A stretch of 64,000 nucleotides of DNA from a virus (lineage: Duplodnaviria; Caudoviricetes), in the IMG/VR virus record IMGVR_UViG_3300044611_001018; one strand, 5' to 3'. The position numbers were made by a program, and so were the translations under genes. The first letter of the stretch is position 1. Each line of letters starts with the position of its first letter. The notes under the pieces are model-generated. The model saw nothing but the letters and a program-made list of their open reading frames with translations. It was not told the DNA's origin and did not search any database. This document shows positions 35,909 to 45,220 of the stretch, piece by piece.

Positions 35909-36127
35909 TTATAGTTTGTTAATAATACCAAGTGAAATTTCAAATCGGAAGTGTATCTCTCGTTTAAGGAGCGAGATTACCTTCCCAAACATTATACCAA
36001 ATGTTCTAGGTTCTGGTGCCTTCTCCCTCCTGCTACGATGTCGCAACATTAACTCAAATCCACGATTAATATCAGAGGATTCAATTTTATTTATTTGACT
36101 TTTTCCTTCTTCCTGGTCGTTTGTCAT
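35909..36127 (-). CDS. Hypothetical protein
   Basis: INRGFELMLR...FGKVISLLKREIHF. Confidence 0.55.
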   Translation of the reverse strand: MTNDQEEGKSQINKIESSDINRGFELMLRHRSRREKAPEPRTFGIMFGKVISLLKREIHFRFEISLGIINKL

Positions 36128-36482
36128 GACTATATCTCCAGGCATCTTGAAGAATACCATAAAGATATTCTTTTATTTTCCTTGCTTGTGGTTTTGGTAT
36201 ATGACCATACGCCTCACGAAGAAGTTTATGTTCTGGATCTTGACCTCCTTTTAAATATTCATCTAACTCTAAAATTAGACTGTTAATGCTTTCTGCTGTT
36301 TTGCTGTCAATAAATTGCTCAGCATGACGACGCTTTGCATTATTTGTTTTGAGGTATTGATAGAAATTTAATATAAACTTTCCTTGAAAAGCAAAGTCTA
36401 CTGCCTTCTCCACGTCGTAATGGAGTGTGACAACTTCTTCTTCCATGAAAACGAATGCTCCCATTTGTAAATTATATATCAA
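36087..36482 (-). CDS. Hypothetical protein (start possibly 36446)
   Basis: VEKAVD.AF...L.FYQYLK...LREAYGHIPKPQARKIK. Confidence 0.75.
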   Translation of the reverse strand: MIYNLQMGAFVFMEEEVVTLHYDVEKAVDFAFQGKFILNFYQYLKTNNAKRRHAEQFIDSKTAESINSLILELDEYLKGGQDPEHKLLREAYGHIPKPQARKIKEYLYGILQDAWRYSHDKRPGRRKKSNK

Positions 36483-38098
36483 AAAGTAAAATTAAACAAC
36501 TGTTTCGTTTCGTAAAACCAAAGATAATCGAGAGAAGAAGAATTTAAAGTCCTAAATGCATCTTGTGGGGTTTCGACTAAAGGTTCTCCTGCCAAATTAA
36601 AACTGGTATTTAATAGGATACCATGCCCTGTCAAGTTTTTAAATTCATTTAAAATAGAATGTAAATGCCCAGAATTTACTGTCTGTATTCTACAAGTATT
36701 ATCGACATGTGTAACTCCTGGAATTAAATTTGTCTTGACAGGAAAGCAAACTGTCATGTGTGGATTTGGAATCACATTGTCAAAATAGAGATGCGCGTCC
36801 TCTTCAAGAACTATAGCAGCAAATGGTCGATACCACTCTCTATTTTTAATTTTATTAACAATATCTTTAGCATTTGGATTTAGTGCATTAAACAGTATAG
36901 AACGGTTCCCCAATGCCCTCTGACCCGCTTCTGCAAGATGATTATATACTGCAACAGACTTATTATTATAAAGTAGTCTTGCCACCTCTTTTTCATCAGC
37001 AAATGCACCTTGGTATTGTGATACATCATGGGTTAAACCATGGAAAAAAGTATCTTTAGATGGTAGTATTCTAGAGTCTCCAGACAATTGTCTATAAGAA
37101 TACATAGAAGCTCCTATGCTTAATCCACTGTCATCACACATAGGATCAAAATAAAATTTAACGTCAGGAAATCTAATGGTCAATTCATAATTGGTAATAA
37201 TATTCATACCATAACCACCAGTAATACAAACTTTTTTTATTCCAGTTTTATCTACATGTTTTTTAACCAGATTACAAACTTGTTCTTGACATTGACGTTG
37301 AACTTCGTAACAATAGTTTGAAAAAAATTGATAATTATCTTTTGTTATCTCAACCTTATAGTTTGCATCATCATTAAAATCCAGCATATAATCTAATAAT
37401 TCTGGATAATTCTTAAAATATTTTTTAATTGCTGCATCTGCCGATATTCTTTTACCAAAAAACTTTAATTTTTCTATCGCAACTCCATAGGAAGACAATC
37501 CCATTGCTTTACCACAATCATCAATTGTTTGTCCTATCGCAAGTGCAGCACTATTGTAAAGATTTCCTATATTAATTTCATCAGTATGATGTTTACAAAT
37601 ATGTCTACATCCATTTACAACTTTATCAAATCTTTTTTGTAAGTTTGCAGTCCAATATCTTTTATATAGAGGAGTGAATTTACATGGATATTCTGCAACA
37701 TATACAGAATCACATTCAAAAACTTCTGGGTCAATTGGATATCCACCTGCAGAATCAACACATATAATTAAAGACTTTTCAAATCCACTATTATAAAATG
37801 CACCAGATGCATGAAATAAATGATGGTGATACTTTGGATTTATGAATTTAATTTTAGGATTTGATAATTTAATTAATGAATCTTTTTTATCTTTATCCTC
37901 TTGACTTTCTCCAGATGAAAAAATAATATAATCAATATCGTGCAAAAAATTTTTTGAGATAATATCAAAAATAAATTTGTGCCCACCAGAGTGTTTCTTC
38001 TTATTGTACCTCTCTTCCTTAAAGTAATATTCAATTACACCATCCTTTATGACAGTTGCAGATGCATCATGTCCAGAAAAAATGGTTAGAACTTTCAT
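36479..38098 (-). CDS. Carbamoyltransferase, full-length (CmcH/NodU family)
   Basis: GHDAS...KEER...HHLFHA...GKAMGLSSYG...EAGQRALGNRS...NTSFNLAGEP. Confidence 0.9.
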   Translation of the reverse strand: MKVLTIFSGHDASATVIKDGVIEYYFKEERYNKKKHSGGHKFIFDIISKNFLHDIDYIIFSSGESQEDKDKKDSLIKLSNPKIKFINPKYHHHLFHASGAFYNSGFEKSLIICVDSAGGYPIDPEVFECDSVYVAEYPCKFTPLYKRYWTANLQKRFDKVVNGCRHICKHHTDEINIGNLYNSAALAIGQTIDDCGKAMGLSSYGVAIEKLKFFGKRISADAAIKKYFKNYPELLDYMLDFNDDANYKVEITKDNYQFFSNYCYEVQRQCQEQVCNLVKKHVDKTGIKKVCITGGYGMNIITNYELTIRFPDVKFYFDPMCDDSGLSIGASMYSYRQLSGDSRILPSKDTFFHGLTHDVSQYQGAFADEKEVARLLYNNKSVAVYNHLAEAGQRALGNRSILFNALNPNAKDIVNKIKNREWYRPFAAIVLEEDAHLYFDNVIPNPHMTVCFPVKTNLIPGVTHVDNTCRIQTVNSGHLHSILNEFKNLTGHGILLNTSFNLAGEPLVETPQDAFRTLNSSSLDYLWFYETKQLFNFTF

Positions 38099-38127
38099 AA
38101 TAAATACAAGATATTAGTGTTGTGATA

Positions 38128-38772
38128 ATGAATGTAAGAGATATATTATTTAAAGTTTATCCTAACCTAATTGAAGTAGATCTTCCCAAGTGGTTAGATA
38201 AAGAAGTAAAAGATAATAACTCAATTATAAAATCTTACGTTTGGAAAACTGATGAATTAAGAAGAATTAGACTCTGCGAATTAAACATAAGGGATAAATT
38301 TATCGCAGAGTCTCTTGTTATGTATCCAGACTTTCAATATATCAATCCAGTTTTTGGCACTGAGTATGTTTCATGTGCCAATAAAAAGTTTTTTGGCACC
38401 ATTGATTTTCATCCATTAAAAATGGACAGTGACTACGAGAACAAGTATATCAAAAAATATCTTGGCGATCAACCAAATAGAACTAAAGAAGATTCAAAAA
38501 TATACGATTTAAATACTTACTTTTCTAAAAAATTATGGTTAAAAACAAATGACCACGATTTTTATGAAGAGTACTTAGACAAATTAGAATTATATTTAAA
38601 CAGATATAATGATTGCACAAAAAAATGTGAGATGGAACTATCCCACATTTATCAAAAAGGTTATGATTATCACTTATCATATACAGACCCAGCTTATGGA
38701 ATCTTAAAGTCGTATTATGATAAATCTTTTGCTAGAAAATATATCAATGAATTTTTATTTGATCTTGCTTAA
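38128..38772 (+). CDS. Ferredoxin-dependent bilin reductase (PcyA/PebS/PcyX-like)
   Basis: LRRIR...SLVMYPD....PVFG.E....IDFHPL...YFSK...DPA.GILKSYY......YI.EFLF. Confidence 0.7.
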   Translation: MNVRDILFKVYPNLIEVDLPKWLDKEVKDNNSIIKSYVWKTDELRRIRLCELNIRDKFIAESLVMYPDFQYINPVFGTEYVSCANKKFFGTIDFHPLKMDSDYENKYIKKYLGDQPNRTKEDSKIYDLNTYFSKKLWLKTNDHDFYEEYLDKLELYLNRYNDCTKKCEMELSHIYQKGYDYHLSYTDPAYGILKSYYDKSFARKYINEFLFDLA

Positions 38773-39008
38773 TTAATAATATTATTTTCTTTTAAATATC
38801 TTGCAGTATCTGTACATCCACCAAGGTGTTTATCATCCATAATTACTTGAGGAAAAGTTGATCCTGAACCAAACTCAGCATAAAATTCCTCACGATTAAA
38901 ATCTCTACCAAGTTTATATACTACATGTTGAAGTTCTGCTACTTTAAGTAGTTGTTCAATTTTGTTGCAGTATGGGCAACCGTCCTTAGAATATACTGTA
39001 AATTTCAT
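38769..39008 (-). CDS. nrdC: Glutaredoxin
   Basis: YSKDGCPYC...TFPQV...LGGC. Confidence 0.93.
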   Translation of the reverse strand: MKFTVYSKDGCPYCNKIEQLLKVAELQHVVYKLGRDFNREEFYAEFGSGSTFPQVIMDDKHLGGCTDTARYLKENNIIN

Positions 39009-39010
39009 TA

Positions 39011-39667
39011 TTACCTATGAGTTGTTTTTCCTAATGCGACAATGTTTACATTCGTTGAAGTAGACTTGACAAAAATAATCTCCCCTGCGCCCAACTTAAT
39101 ATCGTCTTGACAGAAAAAGTGTCCAGGTTCTACTCTTTGATTATACACCAAATAATGATTGGAGCCAATAGTAGTTCCAATACCAACACTTACTTCAACA
39201 TAATCTGGAGAAGTGTTTGTAATATACAGATTAGCGTCAGTTTCTACCATCGATACTGGTAGATTAAACACAGTCTGACCTGCACCTATTTTTAAACTTG
39301 TTGATGGACTGAATGCTGATATAATTCCACAAACAGTGGTTGTTAAACCAACTTCAGATCCACGAAAACTAAATTTTACACCTGGAGAATCTGCACGTAC
39401 CACAACAGATTCACCATTCTTTAAAAATATTCCATCAGATATAAATCTATCACCAGTTGGTATTAAATGATTATATATAATGTAATCTGATATTGCTAGG
39501 TCGTTTATATTAGCGGTTCCCAGAACTGCAACCCTAATTTTTACTGGAACAGAACTCATATTAACAGCGTAAACTTTACCTTCTACAAAATTCGATGAAG
39601 GTGATGTGTAAAGTATATGAGCAAAATTATCTGTGGTTGGGTATGATGCTAGAGATCCAAACGCCAT
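39011..39667 (+). CDS. Putative virion protein with two tandem ~100-aa beta-sandwich repeats
   Basis: Internal duplication (..N.S..PVKIRVAV...DYIIYN.. versus ..N.S...VEVSVG...HYLVYN..). Confidence 0.55.
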
Positions 39668-39718
39668 GGATATACTTTTAGACTTTTTTATGTTATTATT
39701 TATTATAATAGGAAAATT

Positions 39719-40531
39719 ATGATCATACTTACTGGTTCGTCAGGATTTATTGGAAGTCATTTTGCAAATAAGTTAAATACTGGTGAAGATATACTTTTAA
39801 TTGATCAAGAAGATTCTTGGCGTCTGTTTAAAGATTTTGATGATTGGAAAAATGTCAGTCTAATCCTTCATCAAGGGGCAATTTCATCAACTACAGAAAA
39901 GGATTTACAAAAACTTTGGCACTATAATGTAGCCTTTTCATGCGCCCTTTTAAACAAAGCAATTGAATATGAGATTCCAGTGAAGTATGCTTCGTCAGCA
40001 TCAGTTTATGGCAATCAAAGTATTCATCAAACAAAAGGATCAATCAATCCTTTAAATCAATATGCCATTTCAAAACTACAGGTTGATTATACAGTCTTAG
40101 ATAACATAGAAAAATTTCCTCTTGTGCAGGGATTTAGGTACTTTAATGTATATGGTGATGGAGAAGACCACAAAGGTAACCAAGCAAGTCCTGTAAGTAA
40201 ATTTACAAAGGAAGTTAAAGAATCTGGTCAATTGAATCTTTTTGAAGGTTCTGATCGCTTCCTGAGAGACTTTGTGTGCGTTGATGACGTTGTTAATATT
40301 GTTCTCCATAACAACGCTGGAAGCGGCATCTACGACCTTGGAACAGGGTCTCCAGTATCATTTAAACATGTTGCAGAGTTAGTTGCAAAAAAAGAGAATG
40401 GCACTATTAATACCATTCCCTTTCCAGATCATTTAAAAGGCAAATACCAAACATATACATGTGCAGATATGAAGTGGATTGGTAATTATAAATTTAAAAG
40501 TATTGAAGAATATATTAATCTCCCAGAATAA
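39719..40531 (+). CDS. hldD: ADP-L-glycero-D-manno-heptose 6-epimerase
   Basis: TGSSGFIGS, HQGAISSTTE, YASSASVYG, YAISK, RYFNVYG..E.HKG..AS, RDFV.V.DV. Confidence 0.88.
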   Translation: MIILTGSSGFIGSHFANKLNTGEDILLIDQEDSWRLFKDFDDWKNVSLILHQGAISSTTEKDLQKLWHYNVAFSCALLNKAIEYEIPVKYASSASVYGNQSIHQTKGSINPLNQYAISKLQVDYTVLDNIEKFPLVQGFRYFNVYGDGEDHKGNQASPVSKFTKEVKESGQLNLFEGSDRFLRDFVCVDDVVNIVLHNNAGSGIYDLGTGSPVSFKHVAELVAKKENGTINTIPFPDHLKGKYQTYTCADMKWIGNYKFKSIEEYINLPE

Positions 40532-40868
40532 TCCTGTAACTATCTTCTTCAAAATGCTCCGTAGAAAATTCAAATAATTCAGAATCTTCTAGAGCAATCA
40601 TCTGATGCTTAAGACCCACAGAAACATGAAATGCATCTCCTGGTTCTAATATTTTCATGTTTGCTTTTGCTAAATCATCATCCCATCCATACCACAAATA
40701 TATTTTGCCACTCTGTAAATAAAATGTTTCTTCTTTAATCTTATGATAATGCCAAGAACATCTCTTATTTCTTTCAAAAAATAAAAGTTTACCACAATAC
40801 CTTTCATTATTGACTATCCATTTTTCATATCCCCATCCTTTGGGGACAAACTTATTTAAAGAAGTCAT
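40515..40868 (-). CDS. Cupin (sugar isomerase-like)
   Basis: VPKGWGYEKW...CGKLL...SWHYH..KEETFY...H...ALEDS..FE.ST.H. Confidence 0.8.
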   Translation of the reverse strand: MTSLNKFVPKGWGYEKWIVNNERYCGKLLFFERNKRCSWHYHKIKEETFYLQSGKIYLWYGWDDDLAKANMKILEPGDAFHVSVGLKHQMIALEDSELFEFSTEHFEEDSYRIILGD

Positions 40869-41184
40869 CTGAATTTATTGCTTTATCATCTATATAGTAG
40901 TCCGCAGATGGCTTACCCATAATAAGATAATGATATTTGCATCCCCAAATTCTTAATTGAAGTTCAGTAAAGTCTTTCCACCTTGCAGAAGCAAGTTTAG
41001 CGTCATCTTGATATGTTCCCATACCTCTTGCAGTAAAATATTTGATTATATGACCTTCATCATATAATTTGTTTATCCTTTCAATATTTTCTATTATAGG
41101 AACAGATGACTCATATTTACAAGTTTTGCATATCCCATTTTGTTTAGCAATTACACCATCAATATCAATACAATATGTTTTCAT
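40852..41184 (-). CDS. HAD phosphatase (capsule-biosynthesis-phosphatase type)
   Basis: YCIDIDGVI...FTARG...GKP.ADYYIDDKA; start set at MKTYC. Confidence 0.8.
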   Translation of the reverse strand: MKTYCIDIDGVIAKQNGICKTCKYESSVPIIENIERINKLYDEGHIIKYFTARGMGTYQDDAKLASARWKDFTELQLRIWGCKYHYLIMGKPSADYYIDDKAINSDDFFK

Positions 41185-41203
41185 TTTAATATACCTCCAA
41201 GTA

Positions 41204-42280
41204 TTATATGTTTGAGTGATATGTAAATTGAGCATATCCAAGAGATGTCCCTTCATCTCCACACATTGGTTCTATGTATAATTCAACATCTTTTGGAAGA
41301 ATATTTAGATATTCGTAGTTAGCAACACAATTTAAAGCACACCCACCACTCAAGACTATTTTTTTTATTCCAGTAAACTGATAAGATTTTAAAATTAAAT
41401 TTGACATATATGATTCAAAATCCTTTTGCATTCTATATGCTAAATTTGCTGCTATTTTAAATTTATTTTTATTGTTCATCCATATACTAGCATCATTTGC
41501 ACCAAAGTCAATATAATCATATGGAATTAGATTGGCACCAAATGTAGACTTATAGAATAATTTAGAATTTATTGTGCCATCTAAATTTAAAAAAGATTTA
41601 ATATTGGGATCATATTCACCATATGACGATAATCCCATCAATTTTCCAGAATTTTGAGATCCAAGACCAAGATGAGATGCAACTGCAGGATATGCCATGC
41701 CAATACCCATATCCCACTCACCATGATGCTCGGAATTATTCTTTGATATAGTACTATATTTTAAACTAGTACCACAATGTATTAAATTAAATTTATCTGG
41801 ATACTCTACAATATATACAGATTCAAATTCATGGTCGTCCAAATTACCAAATCCAGTTGTAGTTTCATTTCCAAGACCATCAACTACAATTACTACAGCT
41901 TTATCAAATCCAGAATTATAAAATCCAGTGCAGGCATGTAAAATATGATGCTTATCAGATATAGACATCATATTAGTCAATTGATTTAAATTATTATAAC
42001 CAATTTTGTTGGTCATAACTTTTGTAATAACGTTCCTATAAAATGCCCACATATCGTCAACAATATGTTGATACTTTTTTGAATAGTAGGATAGAGAACA
42101 AAAACAATAATTATCATATTCAAAAAATTTATGGGATAAAAATTCAAATACTTTTGAAGGCCACCCATCTTTTTTTATCCTACTAAGTCTCTCTTCACTT
42201 AAATGTGTATCAATTTTTCCAGTACCATCAACTATAGTAATTGAAGCATCATGACTCAGATTAATTCCAATGTAATTCAT
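41204..42280 (-). CDS. Carbamoyltransferase Kae1-like half with no adjacent partner
   Basis: GINLSHDAS...SEERLSRIK.D...HHILHA..GFY...DGLG...GKLMGLSSYG...LSGGCALNCVAN...DEGTSLG, then stop. Confidence 0.85.
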   Translation of the reverse strand: MNYIGINLSHDASITIVDGTGKIDTHLSEERLSRIKKDGWPSKVFEFLSHKFFEYDNYCFCSLSYYSKKYQHIVDDMWAFYRNVITKVMTNKIGYNNLNQLTNMMSISDKHHILHACTGFYNSGFDKAVVIVVDGLGNETTTGFGNLDDHEFESVYIVEYPDKFNLIHCGTSLKYSTISKNNSEHHGEWDMGIGMAYPAVASHLGLGSQNSGKLMGLSSYGEYDPNIKSFLNLDGTINSKLFYKSTFGANLIPYDYIDFGANDASIWMNNKNKFKIAANLAYRMQKDFESYMSNLILKSYQFTGIKKIVLSGGCALNCVANYEYLNILPKDVELYIEPMCGDEGTSLGYAQFTYHSNI

Positions 42281-43050
42281 AATCCCTCAATATCAGATTC
42301 AGTAAGAACGTAGCATCCATAATTTTGAACTGCTATTGCAGATGCTTTGTTTGCAATAACAATAGCAGAAGTAATATCTTGATATCTCAAATAAGCATAA
42401 GTCAATGCAGATAAAAAAGTATCTCCAGCACCAACTACATCAAATACATTTACTTTTTCCGTAAAATAAAGGTTATCCATATATGATGCTCCATTTTCAC
42501 CAAGAGTGATAATAAGATTTTCTTTATCTGGTTTTTTTAAAAGTCTACTATATTCCTTTTGATTAATTTTAAAAAATACATTTGGATAACTAAACAACGA
42601 GGTTTTTTTAGTATCAATAAAAACTGGTCCAGAAAAATTTTGGCAAAAAACCTCCAGATCATTAGTTGTTAAATACCCCTTATCATAATCAGATATTACA
42701 ACAGCATCATATTGCATGTGAAGAAATGCAGATTTAACTTCAGATACTCTAAGTGGATCAACTTTATCTTCATCATCAATCCTAAGTAATTGTTGATTGC
42801 TATTTTTATCTACTATTCGCCTTTTAATAATACGATTTTTATTTGTAATATGATTTACAAATACTCCAAAAGATTCTAAATTTTTTTTGACATTTGCAGA
42901 CATACCTAAAGAGGTTTCTGTTCTCTCATAACTTAGAACAGGAACAGGAGCTTCTGGACTAATTCTATCTACTGTTCCATAAACATATTCATCCTCACAG
43001 GTTTCCCCGATCAATAATACTTTGAATTGTTTTTGTTGTTGAATATCCAT
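42277..43050 (-). CDS. hldA: Heptose-7-phosphate kinase (HldE/RfaE domain I, PfkB family)
   Basis: G..DRISPEAPVPV...G...NV..N...ISDYDKG...DVVGAGDTF. Confidence 0.85.
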   Translation of the reverse strand: MDIQQQKQFKVLLIGETCEDEYVYGTVDRISPEAPVPVLSYERTETSLGMSANVKKNLESFGVFVNHITNKNRIIKRRIVDKNSNQQLLRIDDEDKVDPLRVSEVKSAFLHMQYDAVVISDYDKGYLTTNDLEVFCQNFSGPVFIDTKKTSLFSYPNVFFKINQKEYSRLLKKPDKENLIITLGENGASYMDNLYFTEKVNVFDVVGAGDTFLSALTYAYLRYQDITSAIVIANKASAIAVQNYGCYVLTESDIEGL

Positions 43051-43402
43051 GAATTCTATCGAAAAATTTTAATTGTTTTGCATATTCGCTTCCGATTACT
43101 TTTTTATTTTTATAATCGCTGCCTACAATCATTATATCGGGATTAAATCCTTTTATCAAATTTTCCAACTCTTCATCAGTAGAAAACAATTCAACTTGGT
43201 CAACAGGTTTTAACATCCTTAAAAAGAATCTGCGTTCATCTTGATTATGTATTGGTCTGAATTGACCTTTTTTTTCCTTTACTCTTTCATCAGTGTCTAT
43301 GGCAACGATCAAATAATCACCATAGGACTTTGCAAAGTTTAATAATTGCAAGTGTCCCAGGTGTAAAATATCAAAAGTTCCATTAACAAAGATTTTTTTC
43401 AT
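42995..43402 (-). CDS. hldC: Heptose-1-phosphate adenylyltransferase (HldE/RfaE domain II)
   Basis: NGTFDILHLGH..LL..AK..GD.LIVAI.TD..V...KG..RPI...GSDY...STT. Confidence 0.85.
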   Translation of the reverse strand: MKKIFVNGTFDILHLGHLQLLNFAKSYGDYLIVAIDTDERVKEKKGQFRPIHNQDERRFFLRMLKPVDQVELFSTDEELENLIKGFNPDIMIVGSDYKNKKVIGSEYAKQLKFFDRIHGYSTTKTIQSIIDRGNL

Positions 43403-43404
43403 AA

Positions 43405-45210
43405 TCAATCAGTATTTTTTACTACAATTAACCTATTATATTCTGGAAGATATAGGTATTCAATTTTAGAATTTGCAAGTGTGCGAAGAGCATCATCTAA
43501 AGTTTCAACCAAAGGTTCTCCACCTAAATTAAATGATGTATTAAAAATTATTGGGCATCCAGTTTGATTATAAAATTCATTAATTAATCCATAATAATGG
43601 AGATTAACATCTTCAGTAACTGTTTGGATTCTACAAGTACCATCAACATGAATAATTGCAGGTATTTTTTCTTCAATTCCATCCTGACACTTAACAGCAT
43701 ACATCATAAATGGAGTATCTTCCATTCCACGAAGATCAAACCAATCATGAACATGCTCTTTAAGAATTGACCCAGCAAATGGGCGGAAGTATTCTCTTCG
43801 TTTTACAAGATTTACATGGTCTTTACCATTTAGGTCTCTTGGATCATATAGAATAGATCGATTACCCAGTGCTCTAGGTCCCGCTTCCGATTTCCCTTGG
43901 AACAAAGCAACAATATTTTTTTCAGTAATTAATTTTACAACATCACTATACTGAACTCCTTCAATTATTTTAGTAGCACCATATTTGTTACAGGTGTCTT
44001 CAATTTCTTCATCAGAATAATTATATTCTGGACCATAATATAGATTAGTAATTCTATTCATAATATTCATATTACCATTTATTTGATGATGAATTAAAAG
44101 AGCTGCTCCAATTGCAGTTCCAGCATCATTACTGACAGGTTCAACAAAAAGATTTATACCATCTTTTTTAAGTTTATCAAGATACCAGTAATTAGCAACA
44201 CAATTTAATCCATATCCACCAGAAAGAACAACATTTTTATTACCAGAAATCTCAACGGCTTTATAAATCAAATCAAGAACCATTTGTTGAGATTCTACCT
44301 GAATGGCATATGCCAAATCTCTTCTATTTTGAAGTTTAGTTAAATCCTCACAATCTTTGGGGGTGGTTAGAAATTCATATCGACCTTCATTAACAACAGC
44401 ACCATTCGGATAAGTTGGAACTATAACATTTCTATCAGCAGTTTTCCAAGACCCACCACCACCATCAGTATAAATTTTTGGTACATTTTTATTTGGTTTT
44501 CCGTATGGGAATAAACCCATAGTTTTACCAGCTTCAATAGGTGCCCATCCACAATACTGAGTTACTGCTTCATATGCCTTTGTAATTCCAGCACTCTCAT
44601 CAAGAATTAATTCATGAGTACCTTCTTCACCCTCACCGTCGCTGGGAAATTCTTTAATTTTAGCAGACCCCCAAGGACCTCTTCCCGCTTGGTGTTTATA
44701 TAATGTTTTAAAATTTGCAGGATACCCACAAGAAAATATTGACTCCAACTCCCAAGTCATTTCTAATTCATTTTTTCTACCAAAGCTCATCGGGATGAAT
44801 GTTCCAGCACCATCAACAACTAAAGACACAGCACTATCAAATCCAGATCTGTAAAAAGCACAGGCAGCATGTAATTTATGATGGGTTCTACTCAAATCAA
44901 TTACTTGAGGATGATTATATGGATCTTCATTTCTACTAATCAGTCCAAGCTTTCTTGCAAGTCCCGTATAGATATCATCTCCAGTAAAATCAATTCTTCC
45001 AGAATCTCCAAGTGGTTGAGTATGTGCAATTACAAGATAGTCAAGTTTATCAGTATATTCTAATATCTTTACCATAGAGGCAAGAGGTCCACCATCATAC
45101 TTATGCCTGGATAATCTCTCTTCTTCTATAGAAATAACCAGTTCACCATCTTTAAGTAAACAAATGCCAGAGTTATGCCCTCTGGCAACAGCAGCAATCC
45201 ATTGTGTCAT
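43405..45210 (-). CDS. Carbamoyltransferase, full-length
   Basis: GHNSG...EEERLSR.KYD...HHKLHA...DGAG...GKTMGL.PYG...GPRALGNRS...RPFAGS...NTSFNLGGEP. Confidence 0.93.
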   Translation of the reverse strand: MTQWIAAVARGHNSGICLLKDGELVISIEEERLSRHKYDGGPLASMVKILEYTDKLDYLVIAHTQPLGDSGRIDFTGDDIYTGLARKLGLISRNEDPYNHPQVIDLSRTHHKLHAACAFYRSGFDSAVSLVVDGAGTFIPMSFGRKNELEMTWELESIFSCGYPANFKTLYKHQAGRGPWGSAKIKEFPSDGEGEEGTHELILDESAGITKAYEAVTQYCGWAPIEAGKTMGLFPYGKPNKNVPKIYTDGGGGSWKTADRNVIVPTYPNGAVVNEGRYEFLTTPKDCEDLTKLQNRRDLAYAIQVESQQMVLDLIYKAVEISGNKNVVLSGGYGLNCVANYWYLDKLKKDGINLFVEPVSNDAGTAIGAALLIHHQINGNMNIMNRITNLYYGPEYNYSDEEIEDTCNKYGATKIIEGVQYSDVVKLITEKNIVALFQGKSEAGPRALGNRSILYDPRDLNGKDHVNLVKRREYFRPFAGSILKEHVHDWFDLRGMEDTPFMMYAVKCQDGIEEKIPAIIHVDGTCRIQTVTEDVNLHYYGLINEFYNQTGCPIIFNTSFNLGGEPLVETLDDALRTLANSKIEYLYLPEYNRLIVVKNTD

Positions 45211-45220
45211 ATATTATTCC

